Below, in pieces: positions 30,518 through 40,373 of a stretch of DNA of 64,000 nt (positions are counted from its first letter, which is position 1; every line of letters begins with the position of its first letter). This stretch comes from an uncultured Acidobacteriota bacterium. Lineage in GTDB: Bacteria > Acidobacteriota > Thermoanaerobaculia > Gp7-AA8. Under the pieces are notes generated by a model. That model was not told the origin of the DNA. It worked only from the letters and a program-made list of their open reading frames with translations, and ran no database searches. The translations under genes and the position numbers were made by a program. Location: positions 1,088,001-1,152,000 of the forward strand of contig CAVUKB010000005.1 of the NCBI GenBank assembly GCA_963741955.1. Direction: 5' to 3'.

Positions 30518-31314
30518 GCAGCGCCTCCCAGTAGCTTCGTCACTTCGTCGCGAACGTTGGGGAGCTTCCCCTCACGTGAACCATCGCGCCATCGCAGGTG
30601 CGCCTTCGTGACAATGGCGACTCCCCAGCCCGAGGTGCGCTTGGCCGAGAATCCATACTCGGTGATGAGAGCCTCGACGGCATCGAGCAAGAGCAGCACG
30701 GCCTTCTGTCGGTTCACGTTCGCCGTCGTCGCGCCGGGAGCCGGTGCATAGAGAACGCGCAGCGTGCCGGTCGCACCCGGCGGTACGACCTCGTAGAGGA
30801 TCGGCTTGGTGCCCGACTTCTTTGTGCGGTCGTGCGGGTTGATGACCTCGAAGCCGATCTGTTCGAACCACGTGGGGCGAAACCCGAGCGCGCCGCGTTG
30901 AAAGTGCTTGTCCTCATCGCGCTCGTTGCCGAAGAGGTGGACGACCTCGGGCGAGTCCTCCCACTTGCTCAGCGCGTTGTTGCTCCCTTCGAGGTGCGCG
31001 AGCAGCCCGGTCCGCATCCGTGCGGCCCAGCGCAGGAGCCCCTTCCAACTCGAAGCGGGCATGAACGGCGCGCCAAAGACGTGGTCGCGGTGAACGGGGT
31101 TGTCGAGGACGTGGAACGGCAGATCATCCTTCGAGAACCACGGAGCTTGGAACTGGAAGGTGACGGCGAGCGCGAACCACTCGCGCAGCAGCGTCGGCGA
31201 AGACGGCTCGTAGGCGGCGTGCCCCTTCGGAGGGTTCGACTGGTAGTCGCGACGCGCGGCGTCCTTGTCGTCCTTCAGCTTCGCGAGAAGTGGATCGATG
31301 TGCTCGAAAATCAT
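30514..31314 (-). CDS. cmr6: Cmr6-like RAMP (Cas7 group)
   Basis: PFMPASSWKGLLR, HLFGNE, EVINPHDR...PILYEVVP, YGFSAKRTSGWG. Confidence 0.82.
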   Translation of the reverse strand: MIFEHIDPLLAKLKDDKDAARRDYQSNPPKGHAAYEPSSPTLLREWFALAVTFQFQAPWFSKDDLPFHVLDNPVHRDHVFGAPFMPASSWKGLLRWAARMRTGLLAHLEGSNNALSKWEDSPEVVHLFGNERDEDKHFQRGALGFRPTWFEQIGFEVINPHDRTKKSGTKPILYEVVPPGATGTLRVLYAPAPGATTANVNRQKAVLLLLDAVEALITEYGFSAKRTSGWGVAIVTKAHLRWRDGSREGKLPNVRDEVTKLLGGAA

Positions 31315-32240
31315 CGCACGCTCTCCGTCGGCGGGCAGAGCCGGGCGAGCAGGGCGTCGCCCGAGACGAACCAGTCGTTGGACGCTGCGGGTTCGCTCCA
31401 GATGGGCCGCAACGCGTCGCGCACGGCATCAAGCTCGTTGGTCTTCTCCACGAACCCGAAGGTGCGCTCGGGCGACTTGAAGCTGAAGACCTTCTTGCTG
31501 ACTCCTCGGCTGCCTGCACGCCAGGAGTCGCCTTGGGCCGATGAGGACTTCGCCTCGGGGCGCCCGAGGACCTTATTGAAAGAGGACGCTACATCGCCGG
31601 TGCGCCTCAGGTGCTTCCCCTCGACGAACCACATGTGGCTGCACGACGCCCAGGCCGCGCCGTTGACGGTGGGCTTCTTCGTCGACGCGTTCACGTAGCT
31701 CGCGAGTTGCTCGCGTGGATGCGTCGCCGACGCCGTGCCGACCCACCCCACGAGCCCGAAGTCGGCGTGCTGCACCTTGTTGTTCTGCTCCGACGGCTTG
31801 AGCACCGTTTTGCCGCCGAGCGCGCCGAACTCGCAGATGAGCCGCAGTGTCAGCTCGAGGAGGGCCCACTCCTCGGCCTTCACCGCGCGAAGTGGCGTGA
31901 AGCGCAGATGGAACGTCGTGCCCTTCGTCAGCTTCGACGCAATGACGGCGCCCTGCGCGTTGCGCACGTCGAAGCGCACCTTACGCGCCCAGCCCGTGCA
32001 GCCAAACAGCTCGCAGACCAGGCAGTGCTCCGTGCCAAGGCACGCCTTCTGGTTCGCCGACGGATCGCACGGCTCTCCACCAAGCCCGCGCACCAACACC
32101 TCGAACCACCAGCGGATCGAGCCCAGAAGGCCAGTCGTGATGAGGCGGTTGGCGTTCCTCGACTTCGCTGTACTCGCGTCGCCGGTCCAGACGTCGGTCA
32201 GCGCCTGCAGTTCGTACGTCCGTGCGCCCGAATTCGTCAT
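31311..32240 (-). CDS. cmr1: Cmr1-like RAMP (Cas7 group)
   Basis: LTDVWTG, TGLLGSIRWWFEVLVRG, CLVCELFGCTGWARK, GALGGKT. Confidence 0.85.
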   Translation of the reverse strand: MTNSGARTYELQALTDVWTGDASTAKSRNANRLITTGLLGSIRWWFEVLVRGLGGEPCDPSANQKACLGTEHCLVCELFGCTGWARKVRFDVRNAQGAVIASKLTKGTTFHLRFTPLRAVKAEEWALLELTLRLICEFGALGGKTVLKPSEQNNKVQHADFGLVGWVGTASATHPREQLASYVNASTKKPTVNGAAWASCSHMWFVEGKHLRRTGDVASSFNKVLGRPEAKSSSAQGDSWRAGSRGVSKKVFSFKSPERTFGFVEKTNELDAVRDALRPIWSEPAASNDWFVSGDALLARLCPPTESVR

Positions 32241-35044
32241 TTCGGTCTCCCAATCGCTTCAGCCACCTCGCTGGGCCTGGTGCACGCGCTCGGGTTCTCG
32301 CTCGCGCGCCAGTCGGCGATGCGGACGAGCGCTTCCAGGTATGCCAACGTAAACGGACCGAGATGGCGCGGCTCCGTCTCGGGCACGACGCCGGCGTCGC
32401 TCTTCTCCTCCGGCCGCCAGGGTCCGAGAAGATCGGCAACGAGGCCCGTCCAGCCATGTCCGGTCAGCACGAACTCGCTCCCCTCCCAGCGTCCCTCCGC
32501 CCCGTCCTTTGTGATCGAGAAATCGAGCGGCCACCGGTCGTCGCCGATCGCGAGTGTGTCCGGCTCGCTGCGCACTCCGAAGACGTCGTCGCCCTCGCCA
32601 GTCGTCGAACGAAGCACGGTACGCGCCTTGCCGTGATGCGTCGCAGCCAGATAGACCGCGAGTGCCGGGTAGGTGGCACCGCCATCGCGGTACTTCCGCC
32701 ACATCGCGAGCGCAGAGGCGACCTCGTGGCGAAGGCCCGGACGAAACTGGACGTGCCCGGCCCAGTGAACCGCGGAGATGGCACGCAGTGAGCTCAGGCC
32801 GGCCTCGTCGAGCTTGTCGTCGATCGCCCAACGAAGGCGTATGACCGCTCGACGACCGCGTCGGCGCGCTTCATCAGGGAGGGAAAGCGCTGTCGGTCGG
32901 AGCCGGGCGACCGTCTCCCGTACAGCGGTTGCATCGCCCACGACGTCGACCGCCAACACGCGCGGGCTCTTGGCAAGCAACGCGTCGGGTATGCCGGAGC
33001 GATCGGGCAACGCGGTCTGCCACTGCGGATGCGCCTTGCCGAGATCGTGCAGGCCCGAAGCTTCGACGACGGCGGAACGCGTGTCCGCAGTCAGTGAGAG
33101 CGCATCACACAGCCTCTCTGCCTCACGGCGTGCGTCCTCGAGGTGGTCGGCGAGACGCGACCAGTAGCCGACCTCGGTCCATGCATCGTCTCTCAGAGTC
33201 GCGCCGCGCCCGGCGCGCGGCACTTCGGCGAGGATGTTCCGCTTGTCTCCCGTCCAGCCTTCGCTGGCGTCATAGCCTCCGACATCGCGCTTGAGCATGA
33301 CGAGCATCCCGGGGCGGATGTCCCAGTGGTTCACGCGCTCCCAGCGGTCCGCCTCGTCGTCCCACAGCCACGCTTTGCCCCTGCTGCTCTCCAGCATCTT
33401 CCGGACGCGGACGAAGGAGACGGGACAGCCCTCCTTCGCGGGTTCCAGCAAGGGACCGTCGAGGTCTTCGCCGCGCGGAGGGTTGTCGCCCGACCAGTCG
33501 CGCCAGAACACCGTCACGTCGAGATCGGGATCGGTGCCGCGCACGAACGCGCTGACGTCGGTGAACCCGCCGTGGACATCGCGCTCTGTCGAGAAGAGTC
33601 CATGCACATCGAGGGCGCGCGGCAGCGGGCTGGGCCTCGGCTGAAGTGCTTCGCCCAGCTCCTCTGAACATTGCGTGCTCAGATCGGTGATCGCCTGCGC
33701 GAACGCCTCTCTCTGCGAGAGGGGCGCGAACTCATCGACGAGTTTCCTGGCGCGCTCGATGTCGGAGGCCTCGTAAGGCCCAATGCGCTCGACCTTCCTG
33801 GCTGCGCTCTCCCTGGGTGTCTCCCAGATCCAGGCACGAGCGTCCTGGTCGTCTCCCTTTCGATTCAGGCGACCGAGACGTTGAAGCATAGAAGCCCAGG
33901 GCGCGAGCTCCGTCCAGAGGCGATGCGCCGAGATGTCCACCCCCGCCTCAATGACTTGCGTGCTCACGCAGATCAGGCCGGGGTCGTCCCGCGGTAGCTC
34001 GCCTGCTTTGCGGCTGGCGTCGAACTCGAGAAGGCGTTTCTCGTGTCGGGCGCGATCTTCGCGCCGGAACCGCGAGGTCAGCAGAACCTTGTGACCCACC
34101 AGCGACATCGCGCGGAATACCTCGCGCGCCATATCCACAGTGTTGCAGATGACGAGCGAGAGCGTGCCCGCCGCGTGCTTTTCCACCACGGCCTTCGCGA
34201 TGGCTTCGGGCGTGATTGCCCCGGACTTCACCGCGCCTCGCTTCTTCGCGCTAGTGATTTTCGCGTCCGCCGCAGTCGGCCGCCACCACTCGACGAGGCG
34301 CTTGGCGTCTCGCCACCACTGGAGGTTCTGATCGTTCTCGAGTGTGGTCGTCAGCTTCCCCTCGAATGCGACCTGCTCCGGCGACACTTCGCCAATCCCC
34401 TCGCGCGTTCGGTCGGTGGTGCTCAGAAACTTCGTGCCGACGGTGGCACTCATCCACGTCGTCAGGGACGGCTTGAGCGTGGGAAACCGCTTCCTGCGCA
34501 TCCAATCGAGCTGCGAAGTCGTCCAGAGGCCCGGCCCCATGAGCTGAACCTCGTCGATGAGCCAGCGGCAATCGTTGTTGAGCAGGCCGAAGTGCATCGG
34601 CCACTCGAAGCGACTCATCGCGTAGCCGCGATTGAGCGCGCGCGACAGAAGCTGGTCCTGCGTGCCAATGAGCACCCAAGGTTTCTCGGGCAGCCGGACC
34701 CACTCCTCTTCGATCGACCCACCCATGAGCTGAAAGACTGCGATGTCGATGTCGGGCTGCAAAGCTTTGAAGTACGCCCGGAGCCGGTCTGCGGTTTGCG
34801 TTACGAGGCTTCGCATCGGTAAGCAGTACACGACGTGCAGCGGCTCTGGCTGATTCATGATAAACCGACGCCAGGCCCACGCGAGAACCACCTCTGTTTT
34901 CCCGAGGCCCGTAGGGACGGGGAGAATGTCCGGCAGACCACCGGCGGCAACTTCGAGCTGCCAGAGGTAGGGCTGGAGACCGCCCGTCGCCATCGCGAAG
35001 AAGTCGGCGAACGTTTCAGAGGAGCCAGTTGCCAGCGTGTTCAT
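32237..35044 (-). CDS. cas3: Cas3 helicase-nuclease with C-terminal HD domain (type I-G arrangement)
   Basis: PYLWQ, PTGLGKT, DEVQ, MSAT, STQVIEAGVD and QRLGRLNR. C-terminal HD region DH...LHDLGK...RHE...HHG. AAGGAG RBS before ATG 35044. Confidence 0.95.
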   Translation of the reverse strand: MNTLATGSSETFADFFAMATGGLQPYLWQLEVAAGGLPDILPVPTGLGKTEVVLAWAWRRFIMNQPEPLHVVYCLPMRSLVTQTADRLRAYFKALQPDIDIAVFQLMGGSIEEEWVRLPEKPWVLIGTQDQLLSRALNRGYAMSRFEWPMHFGLLNNDCRWLIDEVQLMGPGLWTTSQLDWMRRKRFPTLKPSLTTWMSATVGTKFLSTTDRTREGIGEVSPEQVAFEGKLTTTLENDQNLQWWRDAKRLVEWWRPTAADAKITSAKKRGAVKSGAITPEAIAKAVVEKHAAGTLSLVICNTVDMAREVFRAMSLVGHKVLLTSRFRREDRARHEKRLLEFDASRKAGELPRDDPGLICVSTQVIEAGVDISAHRLWTELAPWASMLQRLGRLNRKGDDQDARAWIWETPRESAARKVERIGPYEASDIERARKLVDEFAPLSQREAFAQAITDLSTQCSEELGEALQPRPSPLPRALDVHGLFSTERDVHGGFTDVSAFVRGTDPDLDVTVFWRDWSGDNPPRGEDLDGPLLEPAKEGCPVSFVRVRKMLESSRGKAWLWDDEADRWERVNHWDIRPGMLVMLKRDVGGYDASEGWTGDKRNILAEVPRAGRGATLRDDAWTEVGYWSRLADHLEDARREAERLCDALSLTADTRSAVVEASGLHDLGKAHPQWQTALPDRSGIPDALLAKSPRVLAVDVVGDATAVRETVARLRPTALSLPDEARRRGRRAVIRLRWAIDDKLDEAGLSSLRAISAVHWAGHVQFRPGLRHEVASALAMWRKYRDGGATYPALAVYLAATHHGKARTVLRSTTGEGDDVFGVRSEPDTLAIGDDRWPLDFSITKDGAEGRWEGSEFVLTGHGWTGLVADLLGPWRPEEKSDAGVVPETEPRHLGPFTLAYLEALVRIADWRASENPSACTRPSEVAEAIGRPK

Positions 35045-35330
35045 TCTCTCCTTCACACGTAACGGGGCGGAACGATCGTATCAGTATTCCATTCCGCGTC
35101 ACCGCGTTGCAACGCGGCGCCGCGAAATCTCATATCGTTTGGGCTTTTCGAGTTCCTACCGCAGCGGCCTCGATTCTGGCAGACGCACGTTTGACGAGCA
35201 GGACGAGCAGCCCGTACAGCGAGCTGTCGCGAAGAATTGCGTCGTAAACGCGGTGCGGAGCCCCAAGCAACGGGATCTCCATGATTAAGTTCGGCCACGA
35301 GCGTTCTCGCGAGTTCCTCCACATGCCTCG

Positions 35331-35362
35331 AACGTACTCCCCTCTCCTGTCAGTTTCTGTCA
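35331..35362 (-). promoter_or_regulatory. Putative WYL-dependent promoter, copy nearest cas3
   Basis: Minus strand TGACAG-AAAC-TGACAG-N10-TACGTT, inside a ~110-bp block matching 39121-39230. Confidence 0.5.
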
Positions 35363-35537
35363 TTCGCGATTCTTCTTTCCCGAGCCTCGAGCCTCGACTC
35401 TCCTTCGACGGGAGCGGGGAGCGGCGCGAGTGGGTATGAGCGATCTTCCGTCGGTTCGATTCACCAAACTTTTGGGGCATCGGTTCGAGCAACGAGTCAC
35501 GCCGGACGGACGGGCTGCGTTTCGAAGTGCGCTCCAG

Positions 35538-35903
35538 GGTCCTTGAAAGTTCGGCCACATCTGAAAGTTCGGCCACGAGCGTTCTCGCGAGTCTTCCCAC
35601 ATGGCGCGAACGTACTCCCCTCCCCTGTCAGTTTCCGTCATCCGCGATCCTTCTTTCTCGAGCCTCGAGCCCCGAGCCCCGAACCCCGTCTCCCGCTCGT
35701 CGACTCTCGCGCTTCCTTCGCGGCGGGACGGGAGCGGGCCGGGGTCGCGTCGGATGCGCGCGCGGGTTTGCGCGAGTGACGCTCGTGCGCGGCGGCCGCG
35801 CCGTTCGCGATCTCCGCAACGCGATCGACGAGCTCCGGAGGCGCGATCGCCTGCGCGGCGCCGCCGAACGTCACCACCCATCGCGCGATCTCCTCGAGGT
35901 GCG
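35538..35903 (-). pseudogene. Diverged duplicate of the WYL gene 3' end plus downstream promoter region
   Basis: AHLEEIARWVVTFGG.AQAIAPPELVDRVAEIANG matches 39113-39460; second promoter motif at 35609-35640. Confidence 0.8.
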
Positions 35904-36035
35904 CCCTCCGGGCTTACCCGGGGCTACCTTCCGGCACGCCTCCGGCGTGCCTCGGCGGTCTTTCTCCCGTTTCAGGCTCACGGATTGTGATTTTGTACGA
36001 GGGATCTCCTGCGCTTCCTCGAGCGTGAGATGGAA

Positions 36036-36092
36036 GGCGAGGTCCTCCGAGAGCCGCTCGGCATTCCGCACTCGTAGGCGAGCCCCGATCAT
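36036..36092 (-). pseudogene. Possible hsdS deletion scar
   Basis: MIGA-RLRVRNAERLSED resembles the extreme C-terminus of HsdS proteins (GELRVxDAER), at the position where hsdS is expected. Confidence 0.3.
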
Positions 36093-36138
36093 GCTTCTTC
36101 CCTATGTTTTCTATTCTCTCGACCGGTGGCGACGAAGC

Positions 36139-37245
36139 TCATCGCTTCTTCCTCCTGCTCACTTTCTTCTTCCTCGCGGCTGAACCCTTCACCGGCTCGA
36201 CGTTCTTTGACCCGTCGTCCAGCCGCTTCACCTCCTCCAGCGCGTGGTCGAAGTCGCTCGTCGGCCGGTCGGCCTCCAGCCTGCGTCGCTCCGCCTCGTG
36301 TCTTTCGAACTCTGCATGAGCATGCTGCCCGGCAAGCTCGTGCGACACGGCCCCGGCATGCTTCAGGACATTCCGCTCGTTGAACTGAAGAAAGGCGTCC
36401 AGTCGCGTAACCCATTCGGCCATGTGCATCGGCTTTTTCCGTCGCGCCTGGTCTTCGGCAAAGTCGAGGTACATCGTCACGATGCGATTGAGCTCGCGGA
36501 GCTCCTCCTCGTTCAGGTAGTTCTTCGCAACTGTGACGTCGGCTTTTCGGATCGGGCCGTACGGCGCGTTTTTCCAGGTGGCCAGCCCCATGTGGGGGCG
36601 GGAGGCATCTGCACGCTGCACGATCACTTCCGCAGCGGTCCGCCCGTGAATCGCCCAGTGCAGCTTGTTCTGTACCGTTGCAAAGAAGGTCTGGCTGAGG
36701 GGGTGGGCAGGATCGTAGTCGATGCTGGTCGCGTAGATGTCCGTGATCTTCTGGTAGAACATCCGTTCCGAGGCGCGGATGTCACGAATGCGCTCGAGCA
36801 GCTCATCGAAGTAGTCGGCGCCCAGCGTGCGGCCTTCCTTGAGGCGTTCGTCGTCGAGGGTAAAGCCCTTGACCAGCAATTCACTCAGCCGCGCCGTGGC
36901 CCACTGCCGGAACGCCGTGCCGCGCGCCGAGCGGACCCGGTAGCCCACCGCCAGAATGGCGTCGAGATTGTAGTGCTCGATGCTCCTGGTGACATCGCGG
37001 GTGCCCTCGCGCTGAACTATTCGGAAACTCCGAATAGTTGCCTCCGGGTCGAGCTCGCCATCCGCATAAATTCCGCCCAGATGCTCGTTCACCGTCGGGA
37101 CCGACACCTGGTACAGCTCCGCAATCAGCCGCTGCGACAACCACACCGTCCGCCCGTCGAGGCGCACCTGGAGGCGCGCTGCGCCGTCCTCGTAGATGAG
37201 GATCTGGCCGGACTCGGGAGGACGCGCGTCACCTGTCATCGCCAC
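36139..37245 (-). CDS. rhuM: RhuM family DNA-binding protein
   Basis: TVWLSQ..IAELYQV, YNLDAILAVGYRVRS, KGFTLDDERLK, IRDIRASE, TVQNKLHWAI, AKNYL. Confidence 0.9.
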   Translation of the reverse strand: MAMTGDARPPESGQILIYEDGAARLQVRLDGRTVWLSQRLIAELYQVSVPTVNEHLGGIYADGELDPEATIRSFRIVQREGTRDVTRSIEHYNLDAILAVGYRVRSARGTAFRQWATARLSELLVKGFTLDDERLKEGRTLGADYFDELLERIRDIRASERMFYQKITDIYATSIDYDPAHPLSQTFFATVQNKLHWAIHGRTAAEVIVQRADASRPHMGLATWKNAPYGPIRKADVTVAKNYLNEEELRELNRIVTMYLDFAEDQARRKKPMHMAEWVTRLDAFLQFNERNVLKHAGAVSHELAGQHAHAEFERHEAERRRLEADRPTSDFDHALEEVKRLDDGSKNVEPVKGSAARKKKVSRRKKR

Positions 37246-37378
37246 GCTCCCTGCGTTTCGAATCCTCTCACTCGGGAGAGGTCGTCACAGATCGTGACCA
37301 CCTTCCGGGGGGCGGCGATCTCATCCCGTGGGGATGTTGGTCGTAACTCGTTCAGTCCTCCGCTGAAGGTCCTCTGCA

Positions 37379-38941
37379 TCAGAATCCGAGCTCCTTCAGG
37401 CTCTTCGCGATCGCTTCGTCGAGCTTTACCGCCTCGGCCTGCTGCTCGCGCAGCGTCGCGGTGAGGCGTTGCATCTTCTCCTCGAATGGCTCGTCGTCTT
37501 CCTGGGCGGTCTCGGCGCCGACGTAGCGACCCGGCGTGAGGACGTGGCCATGCTTGCGGATATCGTCGAGCGTTGCTTCCTTACAGAAGCCGGGGATGTC
37601 CTCGTAGTCTCCGGCATCGGAATCGCCCCGCCAGGCATGGTAGGTGCCGGCGATCTTTTCGACGTCCTCATCCGTCAACTCACGATGGGTACGGTCGATC
37701 AGGGTTCCCATCTTTCGGGCATCGATGAAGAGGGTATGGCTACGGCGGTCGCGGAATCGGTGGTTCTTCTTGTCCCGTGTCAGGAACCAGAGGCAGACGG
37801 GGATCTGCGTGGAGTAGAAGAGCTGCCCCGGCAGGGCGACCATGCAGTCGACGAGATCGGCCTCGATGATGTTCTTCCGGATCTCACCTTCCCCCGACTG
37901 GTTCGACGACATCGAGCCGTTCGCGAGGACGAACCCCGCGATACCCGTCGGGGCGAGATGGTGAATGAAGTGCTGCACCCAGGCGTAGTTGGCGTTGCCC
38001 GCGGGGGGGGTGCCGTAGGCCCAGCGCTTGTCGTCCTTCAGCAGCTCGCCGCGCCAGTCGCTGTCGTTGAACGGCGGATTCGCGAGGACGTAGTCGGCCT
38101 TGAGGTCGGGGTGCTGGTCGTTGTGGAAGGTGTCGCCGTGGGCGATCTGTGCGTCGATACCGCGGATTGCGAGATTCATTTTCGCGAGACGCCAGGTCGT
38201 GTAGTTCGACTCCTGACCGTAGATCGAGATGTCGCCGAGCCGCCCGGAGTGCGCCTCGATGAACTTCTCGCTCTGCACGAACATCCCGCCGGAGCCGCAG
38301 CATGGATCGTAGACGCGCCCCTTGTACGGTGCGAGCATCTCGACCAGCACGCGGACGACATGACTCGGCGTGTAGAACTGGCCCCCCTTCTTCCCCTCCG
38401 CGCTCGCGAACTGCGCGAGGAAGTACTCGTACACGCGACCGAGCGTGTCCTTCGCGCGAGAGGCTGCGTCGCCGAGGGCGATGTTGCTCACGAGATTGAT
38501 GAGCTGCCCGAGGCGATCCTTGTCGAGACCGGGCCGGGCATACTGCTTCGGCAGCACGCCCTTGAGTGACCGGTTGTCCCGCTCGATCGCCTCCATCGCG
38601 TCGTCGACGATCTTCCCGATGGTCGGCTGCGGCGCGCTCGCCTTCAGGTGCGACCAGCGCGCCTCCTTCGGCACCCAGAAGATATTCACCGCGCGGTACT
38701 CGTCCGGATCCTCCGGATCGGCCCCTTCGGAGACCTGCACCTCGAGCTCCTCGCGTTTCGCCTGGAACGCGTCGGAGATGTACTTGAGGAAGATCAGCCC
38801 GAGGACGACGTGCTTGTACTCCGCCGCGTCCATGTTGTTCCGCAGCGCGTCGGCCATCTGCCAGAGCTTCGCCTCGTAACCGATGGTCGCGGCAGAGCTT
38901 TCCCCTCTCCCGTTCGGCTTACCGGACTTCCGTGCTGCCAC
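37379..38941 (-). CDS. hsdM: Type I restriction-modification methyltransferase subunit M
   Basis: [38 protein letters not shown]; GGAGG RBS before GTG 38941. Confidence 0.95.
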   Translation of the reverse strand: MAARKSGKPNGRGESSAATIGYEAKLWQMADALRNNMDAAEYKHVVLGLIFLKYISDAFQAKREELEVQVSEGADPEDPDEYRAVNIFWVPKEARWSHLKASAPQPTIGKIVDDAMEAIERDNRSLKGVLPKQYARPGLDKDRLGQLINLVSNIALGDAASRAKDTLGRVYEYFLAQFASAEGKKGGQFYTPSHVVRVLVEMLAPYKGRVYDPCCGSGGMFVQSEKFIEAHSGRLGDISIYGQESNYTTWRLAKMNLAIRGIDAQIAHGDTFHNDQHPDLKADYVLANPPFNDSDWRGELLKDDKRWAYGTPPAGNANYAWVQHFIHHLAPTGIAGFVLANGSMSSNQSGEGEIRKNIIEADLVDCMVALPGQLFYSTQIPVCLWFLTRDKKNHRFRDRRSHTLFIDARKMGTLIDRTHRELTDEDVEKIAGTYHAWRGDSDAGDYEDIPGFCKEATLDDIRKHGHVLTPGRYVGAETAQEDDEPFEEKMQRLTATLREQQAEAVKLDEAIAKSLKELGF

Positions 38942-39164
38942 TGATCCTCCCGTTCGCCACAGGACTGAGATCGAAATTCGGAACCCAGCTTCGCATTCTA
39001 GCGGATTCATCTTAGGAGTGACCGGGAGGGGGAAAGTCCTACCCCCCGCGCGAAGATTTCGAGTTTCGAGTCACGCCGGCCGGACGGGCCGCATTGCGAA
39101 GAGCGTCCATGAGTCCTTGAAAGTTCGGCCACGAGCGTTCTCGCGAGTTCCTCCACATGCCTCG

Positions 39165-39196
39165 AACGTACTCCCCTCTCCTGTCAGTTTCTGTCA
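39165..39196 (-). promoter_or_regulatory. Putative WYL-dependent promoter upstream of hsdM
   Basis: TGACAG-AAAC-TGACAG-N10-TACGTT, overlapping the WYL stop codon. Confidence 0.5.
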
Positions 39197-40264
39197 TTCG
39201 CGATTCTTCTTTCCCGAGCCTCGAGCCTCGAGCCCCGAGCCTCGTCTCCCGCTCGTCGACCCCCGCGCATCTTTCGCGGCGGGGCGGGAGCGGGCGGGGG
39301 TCGCGTCGGATGCGCGGGCTGGTTTGCGCGAGCGGCGCTCGTGCGCGGCGGCCGCGCCGTTCGCGATCTCCGCAACGCGATCGACGAGCTCCGGTGGCGC
39401 GATCGCCTGCGCGTCGCCGCCGAACGTCACCACCCATCGCGCGATCTCCTCGAGGTGCGCGAGCGTCACCCGGTATTCGAGCCCGCCGTCGGGAAGACGC
39501 TCGATCCGCTCTCCTTCGTGATGACGCGCGTTGCCGACGAGCGGCGCGAGCTTCGCGTCGAAACGGATCACCATCTCTCGCGGCTCCTCACTGCGATAGA
39601 GGCTCCACGCATGGCCGAGGAATTCCTCCAGGTCGAATCCCTCCGGCGCGGCGAACGTCTCCTCGCGCATCCGCACCGCGGCGACCCGGTCGAGCCGGAA
39701 TGTCCGCGCCTCCTTCGCTTCGTGACACCACCCGAGGAGGTACCACGCCTCCGCACGGTGAAAGAGACTCCACGGATCGACGCGGCGCCAGCGGCGCTTT
39801 CCCGACCGGAGCGAGACGTAGTCGATGTCGGCCGAGCGGTGCCGGATCATCGCAGTCTCGAGCCCGGAGAAGGCAGACCCGGCGAGCGCGCCGGAGCGGT
39901 CGAGCCCCGCGAGGGTCGCGACGCCCGCATCGTCATCGGGATGGAGCGCGTCGAGCTTCGCGCCGAGGATCTCGAGACGGCGCGCGAGCGTGGAGCTGCG
40001 GCGCAGCGCGCGACTGTCGAGCGCGAGACGGAGGAGCGACCACTCGAGCGGCGAGAGCGAGAGGGGCCTCAGCGTCGCACCTTCGATCAGCCGGTAGCCG
40101 CCGTCTTCATGCACGATGGGAACGCGCAGCTCCTCCAGAACCGCGAGGTCGCGGAACATGGTCCGCTCCGAGACGCCGAAGCGCGCGGCGAGATCGGCGA
40201 CCGTGTAGCGACGATGCCCGCCGAGGAGCTGCACCAGATCGAAAAGACGCGAGGCGCGGGACAT
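39194..40264 (-). CDS. HTH-WYL-WCX transcriptional regulator (YafY/PafBC-like)
   Basis: LAARFGVSERTMFRDL helix-turn-helix; RRVDPWSL...WYLLGWC...RTFRLDRV; AAGGAG RBS. Confidence 0.93.
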   Translation of the reverse strand: MSRASRLFDLVQLLGGHRRYTVADLAARFGVSERTMFRDLAVLEELRVPIVHEDGGYRLIEGATLRPLSLSPLEWSLLRLALDSRALRRSSTLARRLEILGAKLDALHPDDDAGVATLAGLDRSGALAGSAFSGLETAMIRHRSADIDYVSLRSGKRRWRRVDPWSLFHRAEAWYLLGWCHEAKEARTFRLDRVAAVRMREETFAAPEGFDLEEFLGHAWSLYRSEEPREMVIRFDAKLAPLVGNARHHEGERIERLPDGGLEYRVTLAHLEEIARWVVTFGGDAQAIAPPELVDRVAEIANGAAAAHERRSRKPARASDATPARSRPAAKDARGSTSGRRGSGLEARGSGKKNRE

Positions 40265-40373
40265 GGGTCTCCTTTCCCGGGAGGGTTGCGCCGGATGCAA
40301 TCTATCCCACAGGAGGAGTGTCGGGGAAGGCGATTTCCCTACCCCCCCGGCGTGGTTTTTCACCTCGCCTCGC

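Noticed and set aside
25337-32240. Calling the Cmr module type III-B or a cOA-signalling system
   Set aside because: Gene order and the Csx11-like Cas10 fit III-C; no GGDD motif and no CARF effector were seen.
36139-37245. RhuM as a virulence factor
   Set aside because: The name is historical; the family is a common passenger in type I R-M operons.
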